A stretch of DNA of 22,349 nucleotides, taken from NCBI GenBank assembly GCA_003223995.1, contig QHYA01000163.1:1-22349 (forward strand), read 5' to 3'. The notes under the pieces were generated by a model. The model made no database searches, was not told the DNA's origin, and worked only from the letters and a program-made list of their open reading frames with translations. Numbering within the stretch: position 1 is the stretch's first letter; each line of letters begins with the position of its first letter. Below, piece after piece: positions 8,530 through 17,700 of this stretch. The position numbers were made by a program, and so were the translations under genes. This DNA comes from Acidobacteriota bacterium. GTDB lineage: Bacteria; Acidobacteriota; Polarisedimenticolia; QHYA01.

Positions 8530-9072
8530 CTAGTCCTTCGGCCGGACGTACACGGTCGCGCCCACGACCTTGTCGATGACGACGACGCCTCCTCGCGGCA
8601 CGGCCGCCCCGTCGATCGAGCGGGCCGCGGCCTTCTCGCGCTGGCCGCGGATGGTGTAGCTCACCTCGCCCATTCCCCCTTCCGGCAGTGAGGAGATGAC
8701 CTCGGCCTCGCGCCCGATGAGCTCGTCCGAGCTGAACTCACTTCCCGCCTGGGTCTGCGTGAAGATCAGCTCCAGCACGAAGTAGGCGGCGGCGGCGAGG
8801 GCGAGCCCGGAGACGGTGGCTGCCGCGGCGCCGCGCAGCACGGGCCAGTTCAGAACGTAATGGCAGACAGTCCCGGCCCCGCCAAAGCCGGTGAGGAAGG
8901 TTGCCACCGTGGTCCCGGAGACCGGGTGAGGATGGCCCGCGTCGAGATGGCCGGAGGCGTCCACATGGACGTCTCCTCCGCCCAGATCCGCGAGCCAGCC
9001 CATGGCGCCGGCGATGGCGGCATAGACGACCCCCATCAGGAGAAGACCGACGTAGAAGATGCCAACGCTCAT
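8530..9072 (-). CDS. nfeD: NfeD-family membrane protein (short NfeD/YuaF-like, flotillin-associated).
   Basis: 180 aa. It has N-terminal TM helices and a C-terminal OB-fold-like beta domain (…GEVSYTIRGQ…VVVIDKVVGATVYVRP…). It sits 27 nt upstream of, and co-oriented with, the flotillin gene, which is the conserved nfeD-floT arrangement. Confidence 0.75.
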   Translation of the reverse strand: MSVGIFYVGLLLMGVVYAAIAGAMGWLADLGGGDVHVDASGHLDAGHPHPVSGTTVATFLTGFGGAGTVCHYVLNWPVLRGAAAATVSGLALAAAAYFVLELIFTQTQAGSEFSSDELIGREAEVISSLPEGGMGEVSYTIRGQREKAAARSIDGAAVPRGGVVVIDKVVGATVYVRPKD

Positions 9073-9127
9073 GACCGCTTCTCCGATTGCGGCTGGTGGA
9101 GGGGTCGAACCGGCGAGAGCAGTCTCA

Positions 9128-10033
9128 TCATCCCGCCGGATGCCGACCGCGCCGGCCGAGCGCTTCCCGCTTCAGCCGCTCGAAGGCGGCCGCCACGTCC
9201 CTGGAATCGCGCGCCGCGGATTCGAGGAAGCGCTCGAGAAGGCGGAACCTCGCGAACGGGTTGTGCTCGCGCTCCAGTTCCTGCCGGAGCTGCCTGATCT
9301 CCTCGCTCCACCTCCCCGTCGACTCGAGCGTTCCTATGAGTTTCTGCAACGATTCCACGAGCGATGCGATTCCCTCGGGGGACATGCTCGTTCGAGTGGT
9401 CGAGGCCTGAGCGCCAGGCCCGCCAGGCGGGGCTGGAGAGGTGTGGGCGTCGGGCTCGCTCGTCGCAGCTTCCGCCGGGGGTGGGCTTACGCTTGAAAGC
9501 GGCTCGCCCGGTCTCACGACCAACTCGACAGCGCCGGTCGTGTCGTCCAGCAGCAGACCCGCGACCGAGAGGTCGCGGGGAAGCAGCGGGGAGCCGGAGA
9601 TCGCCGCGAGCGACTCCTGAACCCCTTGGCGGGGATTTGGAATGGCTCCCGCCCAGCTCCTCAGGTCGCCATCTCCGAAAGCCTGCCGGGGGACCCCGCG
9701 CCTCCGAAACGCCTCGATGAAAGCAGCGGTGTCGAACGCCGCCATGCGGCAGCTCGAATGGCCGAGGACGATCACCTCGGTCACCCCGAAGAGATAGACC
9801 GCGAGAACCAGGTAGCGGAGCGGCTCACCCTGGCGGCCAAGCAGGGCCCCTGGCGTTCGCAAGAGGAGACCTTCACTCTCCCCCAGCCCCAGGGCCGGAC
9901 GCAGCATCCCATCGAGGCGCGGGTCGTAACAGGCGATCACCGCGAGGCTCTCGCTTTGAGGAGGCGGCAGCGGCCGTGGGGGTCGGGCCTGGCTGTAGTT
10001 GCGGTTGCGCCGGAGGATCTCCTCGAGATGCAT
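9128..10033 (-). CDS. Beta-class carbonic anhydrase-like protein with a ~130-aa C-terminal extension (Pro/Ala-rich linker plus predicted coiled coil).
   Basis: N-terminal ~170 aa carry the beta-CA zinc-site motifs (…IACYDPRL… = CxDxR; …VLGHSSC… = HxxC). The C-terminus (…GIASLVESLQKLIGTLESTGRWSEEIRQLRQELERE…) is helical and charged. It lies 55 nt upstream of nfeD on the same strand. Confidence 0.6.
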   Translation of the reverse strand: MHLEEILRRNRNYSQARPPRPLPPPQSESLAVIACYDPRLDGMLRPALGLGESEGLLLRTPGALLGRQGEPLRYLVLAVYLFGVTEVIVLGHSSCRMAAFDTAAFIEAFRRRGVPRQAFGDGDLRSWAGAIPNPRQGVQESLAAISGSPLLPRDLSVAGLLLDDTTGAVELVVRPGEPLSSVSPPPAEAATSEPDAHTSPAPPGGPGAQASTTRTSMSPEGIASLVESLQKLIGTLESTGRWSEEIRQLRQELEREHNPFARFRLLERFLESAARDSRDVAAAFERLKREALGRRGRHPAG

Positions 10034-10139
10034 TGCCCCCTATTGCCCCCCGAGAGGCCGTCCGCTTGTCAACGACGTTGAGAACCGGATGCCCCGAGGG
10101 CTCGAATGATAGCGCCAGAACCGGCGAAGGGGATGGCGC

Positions 10140-10397
10140 CTAGCGGGTGAACCCCAGCCTGGCAGCGACTTGCCTCTGACGCCGATCGAGTGTCAAGAAG
10201 GTCAGGCCGCTCCTCTCGGGGTCAAGGAAAAGCGCATTCGCAAGGTGCCACAGGTCGGCTCCCTTCACGTATCCGGCTGCAATGATCCGGTCGAATTCTT
10301 CGGTGAGTGGCCTGTTGGGATAGACCCAGGTCAGCCAGGAGAGCAGGGGTGCGGCTGCTTGTTCCTGCACTCCCTCCCGCGCGAAGACCGAGCGCAA
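10140..10397 (-). pseudogene. PIN-domain (VapC-like) toxin remnant. Only the C-terminal ~85 residues are present; the N-terminal catalytic region and the partner antitoxin are absent.
   Basis: …GADLWHLANALFLDPERSGLTFLTLDRRQRQVAARLGF… resembles the C-terminal half of VapC (compare vapC in this window: TLDAIHLATALL…VMATHDAALGMAARASGF). All three reading frames upstream were checked and none encodes a PIN N-terminus. The in-frame TGA is at 10449-10451. Confidence 0.45.
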
Positions 10398-10437
10398 CTC
10401 GGATGAGACAGCAGCGCGCGGGGATCTCGGGCTTCGC

Positions 10438-12093
10438 TCAACCGGCCCTCAGCACCTTGCCTGCCGGCTCCCCGATGTAGCGGCTCCCTGTCACGACGGG
10501 AATGCCGTTGATGAGAACTTCGCTGATCCCTCGTGCTGGCAGTCGCGGCTCGGAGAGGGTCGCATTGTCTTCGATCGCTTCCGGGTCGAAGACCACGATG
10601 TCGGCCTGCGCGCCGGCGGCGATGCGACCGCGGTCGGAAAGTCCGAGCAGCTCGGCCGGGTAGCCGGTCATCTTCCGGATCGCATCCTCGAGCTTCAAGA
10701 CTTTCTTTTCCCGGACGAGACGGGCCAGCACCCTCGGAAAAGCGCCGTAGGCGGCCGGATGGGGCAGGCCGCGCCCCGTGTCGATGGCGTCGGTGCAGAA
10801 AGCCCCGGCCGGATCTGCCGCGAGGAGCAATAGACCATCCTCTTCTTGCTCGGTTCCGGAGATCTGGAAGACCCACTGGCCGACCTCTCCGTCCTCCTCG
10901 ATCATCAGGTCGCAGATGGCGTCGAACGGGGACGCTTCACGGACCTTCCCCAGCTCGGCCAGCGTCATCCCCTCGCAGCGCCTGTTGGCAGCGCTCGCCA
11001 CCCGCGAGACGGCGATTCCTTCCCATCCGACGGCGGAGACCAGGTTGTGAGGCCAGCCCCCCGGGCTCCAGGGAGGCCAGGCCGGCCGGAGCTCCTCGAT
11101 GTCGAGCCTGATCCTCTCGCGCTCTCGGTGAGCCCTCAGCCGCGCCAGCAGCGCCCCGACGCCTCCCTCGAGGGCCCAGGGCGGGTAGATCGCCAGCATC
11201 ATGGTCGCCGCGACGGTGTAGGGGAACATGTCGAAGCTCACCCCGATCCCTTCGTGGCGCGCCGCCTCTTCCCTCTGGAGGACCGTCTCGATCTTCCGCC
11301 AGTGGGCCCTCCCAACGGCCTCGCTGTGGGAGTGGTGCACCTGACAGCCCGCCTCGCGCCCGATGCGCAGCAGTTCTTCCACCGATTCGAACAGCAGTTC
11401 CGAACTGCCTCGCACGTGGCTCGTCATCAGACGGCCGGAGCAGGCGACGGGGCGGCCCAGGGCGATCAGCTCCTCCGTGTCGGAGAACATCCCGGGCGGG
11501 TAGATGAGCCCGGTGGAGAGGCCAAAGGCCCCCTCCTCCAGCCCGCGCTCGACGGTCGCGACCATCTGCCGGGCTTCCGCCGCGTGCGGCGCTCCCGCGC
11601 GCAGCCCCATCGCGGCGAGGCGGACGGCGCCGTGGGGCAACAAGGCTCCGACGTTCAGCGGCGGTCCCGCCTCTTCTACGGCATCGAGGTACGCTCCGAG
11701 CGAAGTCCAGCTTCTGGCTCCTCCCGCCGGGGTCATCCAGGCCAGGATGCCCGTGATCAGAGGCGCGGAGAGCTCCGAGGCCGGAGCGGGGCCCAGACCG
11801 CAGTTGCCGACGATCTCGGTGGTGATCCCCTGAAGGATCCGGCCCGCGAGCAGCCTCTCCGCGCCGCGGTCCGGGAGCGGGAAAAGCAGGTCCGCGTGAG
11901 AGTGGAGATCGATGAAGCCGGGGGCGACGATCTGCCCACCCGCCTCTAGAACCCTCGCGCCCGCCGGGGCGAGCAGGCCCGGACCGACTTGCTCGATCGC
12001 CCCGCCGCGCACCAGCACGTCCGCCGGAAAGAGGGTCCGTCCCGTGCCGTCACAGATCTGTCCCCCGCGGATGAGGATTTCTCCGGATGCCAT
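10438..12093 (-). CDS. N-acyl-D-amino-acid deacylase (D-aminoacylase) family amidohydrolase.
   Basis: 551 aa. It has the metal-binding HxH (…GFIDLHSHAD…), …QGITTEIVGNCGLG…, and the characteristic N-terminus (ILIRGGQICDGTG…). ATG at 12093. Confidence 0.75.
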   Translation of the reverse strand: MASGEILIRGGQICDGTGRTLFPADVLVRGGAIEQVGPGLLAPAGARVLEAGGQIVAPGFIDLHSHADLLFPLPDRGAERLLAGRILQGITTEIVGNCGLGPAPASELSAPLITGILAWMTPAGGARSWTSLGAYLDAVEEAGPPLNVGALLPHGAVRLAAMGLRAGAPHAAEARQMVATVERGLEEGAFGLSTGLIYPPGMFSDTEELIALGRPVACSGRLMTSHVRGSSELLFESVEELLRIGREAGCQVHHSHSEAVGRAHWRKIETVLQREEAARHEGIGVSFDMFPYTVAATMMLAIYPPWALEGGVGALLARLRAHRERERIRLDIEELRPAWPPWSPGGWPHNLVSAVGWEGIAVSRVASAANRRCEGMTLAELGKVREASPFDAICDLMIEEDGEVGQWVFQISGTEQEEDGLLLLAADPAGAFCTDAIDTGRGLPHPAAYGAFPRVLARLVREKKVLKLEDAIRKMTGYPAELLGLSDRGRIAAGAQADIVVFDPEAIEDNATLSEPRLPARGISEVLINGIPVVTGSRYIGEPAGKVLRAG

Positions 12094-12246
12094 GAAGCCA
12101 TGCTAGCAGTTAGAGAGCCCACGCAAGGAACGTAGAGCACTATGAGAGGCTCGTCCGGCCTGCCCGGACAGGGCGAATCCGCGGTCCGGGCTGCAAGCTG
12201 CTCACCACGGATGACAGGAGGGATGCTGGACCGCCCGGAACGGCCT

Positions 12247-13851
12247 TCAGTTGCAGGGTGTGGCGGGCTGTCGCTCCGATCCATCCGTGCCGTGCCCGAG
12301 CGTGCCGCGTCCCGTCTGGTTCCGCCCGGCGACGAGATAGATGAAGGCGGCGCCGGGACCGGGAAGGGCCGCGTCGGAGGCGGTGTTCTGTACGAGATTG
12401 GTGAGCAAGCAGTCCGGTCCGCGGCCAGAGCGAAGGTCCGCGAGGTCGCCTCGGTACAGATCGAAGCTCGTGGAGGAGCTGGGGGCGCCTGACTCCCAGA
12501 TCAGCGTCTGTTTGTCCTGGAAGCGCAGAGGCTCGGCCGAGGCAGCGGGTGGCGAGACCTCGCTGGGCGGGTAGGTCGGACCGCCCTGGCAGAAGGTCTG
12601 GTTCATCGGGGAGAACGCGTCGTCGATGGGTTTATCCGAGTCGGTCACCTCGAGGGTCGTCGGGTCGATCACGGACCGCTCCACGGCCGTCCAACCCCCC
12701 GTGGAGGCCATCTTCGCCGCTTGCGTCGTCGGATGGCCGCAGCCCGACGCCCCGCCCGTCGCGTCGAGGCGCGCGACCATCATCCGCGGAAAGCTCTCCC
12801 GGTGGCCGCCCACGACCCAGCCTCCATCGCTCGTGGGTGCCACCGAATGGACCTCTCCGCCGACATCGTCCAGATGGCGCTGCCAGACGATGTTGCCGGC
12901 GGGGTCCAGACGCGCCAGCCAGCTATAGAGGTCGGTGTAGCCGGGACCGTTGATCTCCCCACCCGCGAGAAAACCTCCGTCGCTCAGCGGAGCCACGGCG
13001 TAGAATCGGTACGTCACGCCCGACTGTCCGTAGGAGGCTCGCCACAGGATCTCACCCGCCGCGTCGAGCTTGATTAGCTCGGCCACATCATTTGCCCCGA
13101 CAGTCCGCCTCCCCACCATCACGAGATTCCCGTCCGACGTGGGTGCCATCGCCCGGATTTCTTCCAGACCGTAGCTCCGCGACCAGACGAGGCCGCCGCT
13201 CGGGTTCAGCTTCAGGACGGATCCGGAGTCTCCAGCGACCAGGAGGTCCCCCGTGGGGAGCTCCACGCCGGAGTACAGGATGCCGTCCCCGCTGGAGGAG
13301 CCGAACACCTTCGCCCACTTCAGATCGAGACCTTCGCCGACCGCGACCACGAGCGGCTTTCGGCCGGGACCACCCCAGGACAGTGTCTCGCCCACCAGGA
13401 CGTAGCCGCCTTCCCTTGTCGGCACGAGACCCCGGGCGCGGTCGTCTCCCTCAGCGCCGCCGAACGTTCTCTGGCGCAGCACCGTCCTGGCATCGGGTGA
13501 AACGATCACCAGGGCCATGTCGTCGTTGCCGTGCGAATTGACGTGGATATCTCCGGCCGCCACGATGCGGCCGTCGGGAAGCTCCAGGAGGTCGTACCCC
13601 GCCTCGCCGGTGGGGGAGCCCATGAGCTGGCGTTGCCACAGCAGGCTTCCGTCGCTGTTCCGCTTGATCAGCGCAAGGGCGCGACCCGTGTCCGCCACCG
13701 CCAGGAAGCGGCCGTCGCGCGTCTGGACGGCACGGCCCACCTCATCCGCGATGTAATCGTCCGTCGTGGTCACCCAGGTCTGCGCATGAACCTCTGGCGA
13801 GAGAGCCTGAGCCAGTACGAGAAGCAGGTAGGGTTCGAGGCGGATCTTCAT
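12247..13851 (-). CDS. Secreted beta-propeller repeat protein (tandem ~45-50-aa repeats …DGG(Y/F)…AG…G…D…KL…G…W…) with an unrecognised Cys-containing C-terminal ~120-aa domain.
   Basis: Probable start at ATG 13851 (MKIRLEPYLLLVLAQALSPEVHA|Q is signal-peptide-like). The track ORF begins at an upstream TTG at 13896. It has 7+ degenerate repeats such as TFGGAEGDDRARGLVPTREGGYVLVGET…, and a C-terminal region …FDLYRGDLADL…C…C. Confidence 0.65.
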   Translation of the reverse strand: MKIRLEPYLLLVLAQALSPEVHAQTWVTTTDDYIADEVGRAVQTRDGRFLAVADTGRALALIKRNSDGSLLWQRQLMGSPTGEAGYDLLELPDGRIVAAGDIHVNSHGNDDMALVIVSPDARTVLRQRTFGGAEGDDRARGLVPTREGGYVLVGETLSWGGPGRKPLVVAVGEGLDLKWAKVFGSSSGDGILYSGVELPTGDLLVAGDSGSVLKLNPSGGLVWSRSYGLEEIRAMAPTSDGNLVMVGRRTVGANDVAELIKLDAAGEILWRASYGQSGVTYRFYAVAPLSDGGFLAGGEINGPGYTDLYSWLARLDPAGNIVWQRHLDDVGGEVHSVAPTSDGGWVVGGHRESFPRMMVARLDATGGASGCGHPTTQAAKMASTGGWTAVERSVIDPTTLEVTDSDKPIDDAFSPMNQTFCQGGPTYPPSEVSPPAASAEPLRFQDKQTLIWESGAPSSSTSFDLYRGDLADLRSGRGPDCLLTNLVQNTASDAALPGPGAAFIYLVAGRNQTGRGTLGHGTDGSERQPATPCN

Positions 13852-13970
13852 GAGGCCGACCCCACTCTCTTGGCGCCGAACGTCCGCGCTCCGCAACCTC
13901 GATGCTGCGGATCCAAGTTGTCAGTTTACGGCGAGATCCTCGAGATCGGGCGTCAGGCAATGAAAAGGAT

Positions 13971-13986
13971 TGTCAAGGAATGTCAA
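13971..13986. promoter_or_regulatory. Direct repeat TGTCAA-N4-TGTCAA (10-bp periodicity; on the minus strand it reads TTGACA-N4-TTGACA). It lies in the response regulator/propeller-gene intergenic region and is a candidate OmpR/PhoB-type response regulator binding site.
   Basis: Exact 6-mer repeats at 13971-13976 and 13981-13986, with a third related half-site TTGTCAG at 13918-13924. They sit about 120-135 nt upstream of the propeller-protein start (13851) and immediately downstream of the OmpR-family regulator gene. PhoB/OmpR-family boxes are direct repeats with 10-11-bp phasing. Confidence 0.3.
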
Positions 13987-14006
13987 ATCCCTGGCGGGCG
14001 AAGGGA

Positions 14007-14702
14007 TCAGGGAACGAAACGATACCCTTCGCCGTAGACGGTGAGGATGTGTCGGGGATTCGCCGGATCCTCCTCGAGCTTGAGGCGAAGAGTCCGGATG
14101 TGCGTATCGACCGTCCGCGTGCTGACGTCCGGGTCGTAGTTCCATATCTCGCCGAGCATCCGCGCCCGGGAGACGGTCTGGTCGCGAAGGCGGATCAGCA
14201 TGTGGAGGACCTCGAACTCCTTCGACGTGAGGTGCAGCCGCTCGCCATCTCGCGTCGCGAGAAGTCTCTCGAAATCGAGCTCGATCCGGCCGAAGCGATG
14301 GATCGCGGAATCCATAGGGGCCGGCGAGGCGACCCGCCGCAGGCGCGCGCGAATGCGCGCGAGCAGCTCCGGCAGGCTGAAGGGCTTGGTGACGTAGTCG
14401 TCCGCTCCCGCCTCGAGGCCGACGACGCGATCGATGACGTCCCCCTTCGCGGTCAACATGATGATGGGGACCAGGACCCCCTTCCGCCGCAGCTCGCGGC
14501 AGAGGTCGAAGCCGTTCATGCCCGGAAGCATCACGTCGAGGAGGATCAGGTCCGGCCGATCCTCCAGCGCTCGCCCCAGCGCCTCCCCCGCAGTCGCGGC
14601 CTTCAGGACGAGGTACCCCTCGCGGCCCAGGTTGATCGCGAGGCCGCGGAGGAGATCTTCCTCGTCCTCGACGATCAGGACCTTTTGCCGGGCTTGGTCC
14701 AT
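14007..14702 (-). CDS. OmpR/PhoB-family two-component response regulator (receiver plus winged-helix DNA-binding domain).
   Basis: 231 aa. It has the receiver motifs (…LIVEDEEDL…, …LILLDVMLPGMNGF…, …IIMLTAKGD…) and an OmpR-type C-terminal wHTH (…LTSKEFEVLHMLI…TVYGEGYRF). The ATG at 14702 overlaps the 3' end of the upstream kinase ORF by 28 nt. Confidence 0.85.
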   Translation of the reverse strand: MDQARQKVLIVEDEEDLLRGLAINLGREGYLVLKAATAGEALGRALEDRPDLILLDVMLPGMNGFDLCRELRRKGVLVPIIMLTAKGDVIDRVVGLEAGADDYVTKPFSLPELLARIRARLRRVASPAPMDSAIHRFGRIELDFERLLATRDGERLHLTSKEFEVLHMLIRLRDQTVSRARMLGEIWNYDPDVSTRTVDTHIRTLRLKLEEDPANPRHILTVYGEGYRFVP

Positions 14703-17700
14703 TCGGACGGCCTCGATCCGGTTGCGCTCGATCCGGTCGCGGGCGGAAGGTTGAAGACGAGACTGAACCGGCTGCCGCGCCCGACCTCGCTCTCCAGCTC
14801 CACGTCTCCCCCGTGCGCCCGCATGATGTGCCTGACGAGATAGAGCCCGAGCCCGTAGCCCCCCTTTCCGGTTCCGTTCTCGATCCTGTAGAACTGGTGA
14901 AAGACGTTTTCTCGCTCCCCTTCCGGAATGCCGATCCCTCCGTCGCGCACCTCGATTACGACCGCGCCCGAACGCTCGAAGAGCCGGACGCCGATCTCCT
15001 TCGAGTCGCCCGAGTACTTGGCCGCGTTGTCGATGAGATTCACGATCGCCTCGGCGACGGCCTCCGGATCGAACGGCAACGAAGGGAGCGTCTCGGGCAG
15101 CTCCAGCCGGACGGAGAACCCCTGTCGGCCGAGATACGTCTCGTAGGCGCGAACCGTCCGGGCAACCGTGGGAGTCAGGTCGCCAGGTCGAAGGGCGTAC
15201 TGCCTCTCGCCCCGCTCGATCCTCGAGTAATCCAGGACGCGATCGACGAGGCGGGTCAGACGCTCGGACTCCCGGACGATGATCGAGTAGTAGCTTTTCT
15301 GGTCCTCCTCCAGCGCGCCCGGGCCTAGCAGGAGGGTCTCCCCGTACAGCCGGATCAGGGTCAAGGGCGTCTTCAGCTCGTGCGAGACGCCGCTGACGAA
15401 GTCCGCCTGCTGCCGGTTCGCCGCCGCGAGCTGCCGGTTCGCCTCGAGCAGATCGCCCGTCCGCGCCTCCACGAGGGCCGCCAGCTGACTCTCCCGCAGC
15501 TTCAACCGGCGGATTCGCACCCGGTGCAGACCGAACCCGGAAAGCGCGACGGCGAGGGCCGTCCCTACGAGAAAAGTCCGCGTCTGGTAGACGTGCGGTC
15601 GGATGCGGAATCCGAAAGACGCCCCCGTCTCGTTCCAGAGACCGTCGTTGTTGCACGCGCGCACCCTGAACTCGTACGCGCCGGGAGGGATGTTGGTGTA
15701 GGTGGCGATCCGGCGCGTGTCGGCCTCGACCCACTCCTCGTTGAAGTCGTCGAGCCGGTACTGGAACCGGACCCTTTCCGGGTCCACGAAGCTCGGCGCC
15801 GCGTACCGGAAGGCGAGCTCGTGCCGGCCGGGGGGAATCTCGGTCGAACGCCCCCGATCCAGCACGATCCGATCCATGATGACCTCTTCGATCACGACCG
15901 GAGGGGGGATCGGATTCCTTTTCACCTGCGTCGGGTCGACGATGACGGCGCCCAGGATGGTCGGGAACCAGAGCTTGCCGTCGCGCCCCGTCCACCCGGC
16001 CGGCTGGGAGCCCCCGCTGCACTCCACGCTCCTCATCCCAGCCGATTTTCCATAGAGCGTGCACGTGATCTCCCCCGGCTCGCCCCGAGCACGTGCATTC
16101 AACTGCCTCTTCTCGATACGGAAGATTCCCTTGTTGGAGCTCATCCACAGGTTTCCCGTGCGGTCCTCGAGCACCCTGAAGATCCGGTTCTCGCAAAGGC
16201 CATCGCGTCGCCTGAAGGCCCGCACCGCGTTCCCCTCGATGCGCGTGAGCCCATCGCTCGATCCGACCCAGAGGACCCCCTCTCCGTCCTCGAAGATGGA
16301 GTAGACCACGTCGCTCGACAGCCCCTGCCGCGCCGTTAGCGCGAAGAAGCGCCCCCCCTCGAAACGGTTCAGACCCCCGCCGTTCGTCCCGAGCCAGAGG
16401 ACCCCCTCACGGTCGACGTGGACGGCCCTCACGACGTCGCTGGACAGCCCGTCCCGCGTGGTGAACGTCTCGAATCTTCCGTCCCTCAACCGGCTCAACC
16501 CGCCGCTCGTCCCGATCCACAGCGAGCCATCGTCCCCCTCCGCGATTCCCCAGACGGACGGACGACACGATGTTGCTCGACAGGCCATCCCTCGTGGTCA
16601 GAGCACGGCAGCTCGCTCCCCGGCAGCGGTTCAGCCCCCCTCCCCAGGTGCCGATCCAGAGCGTGCCGTCCGCACCCTCGGTGATGGTCGAGACCATGTC
16701 GTTGGACAGGCCCTCCCTCATTGTCACCGTGGCGAAGGGAGCCTGGCGAACGCGGTTCAATCCGCCCCCTCCCGTCCCGACCCAGAGGCTCCCCTCCGCG
16801 TCCCCGTGGATCGCATACACGATGCCGTTTGAGAGCCCCTGCACGGGGAGGAGCGAAACGGAGGAGCCTTGCTCCTTGATGCGGTAGAGACCTCCCCCTC
16901 CAGTCCCCAGCCACAGCCTCCTCTCCCGGTCCTCGTAGATGGCGTAGACGTTCTGGTCGGCGAGGCCGAGGCCGGAGGAGAGGTTCGCGAATCCGCCGGG
17001 CTCCAGGCGGCCGAGTCCACCTTCTGCCGTCCCGACCCAGAGCCGTCCGCGCGAGTCTTCCAGAATGGTGTAGACGGTGTCGTGAGGGAGACCGTCCCGG
17101 CTCGTGTAGACCTGAAAACGACCGTCCCGGAATCGGTTCACCCCGCCGCCGTCGGTGCCGATCCAGAGGTTCCCGGCCCGGTCGACGTGGAGAGCCCGGA
17201 TCAGGTCGCTCGAGAGACCGTCTCGGGTCGTGAAGCGGGTGAGAGCCCCGTCGCGGAACCGGCTCAGGCCGCCTTCATAGGTGCCGACCCAGACGGACCC
17301 TTCGGCATCCTCGGCGATCGCCGAGACGACCGGATGGGCCAGTCCCTGCTCCTTCGCGAATGTGGTGAGAGTCCCCTTCTCGAGTCGGCTGACGCCTCCC
17401 TCCGTTCCGATCCATAGGTTCCCCTCCCTGTCCTCGTAGAGCACGCGCACGTCGTTGCCCGCGAGGCCCGGAGTATCAGGGGCTTCGTAGACGACGAAGC
17501 GGATCCCGTCGAACCGGACCAGCCCCTCCTGCGTGCCGAGCCACAGGTAGCCGTCGCGAGTCTGTCGGATCGCGTGGACCGAGTTCTGCGGGAGGCCGTC
17601 CTCGGAACGCCAGACATCCACGGCGTAACGGAGCGCCGCGTCGGCCAGGCTGGCGTCCCGATGCAAGCTGGCGGCGAGGGCCGGCGTCAAGAAAGATGCC

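Noticed and set aside
12160-12190. Inverted repeat CCCGGAC-N14-GTCCGGG between the propeller gene and the D-aminoacylase gene, as a possible terminator.
   Set aside because: The loop is long and there is no downstream U-tract on the transcribed strand. It may be a protein-binding palindrome or nothing. It is not supported as an intrinsic terminator.
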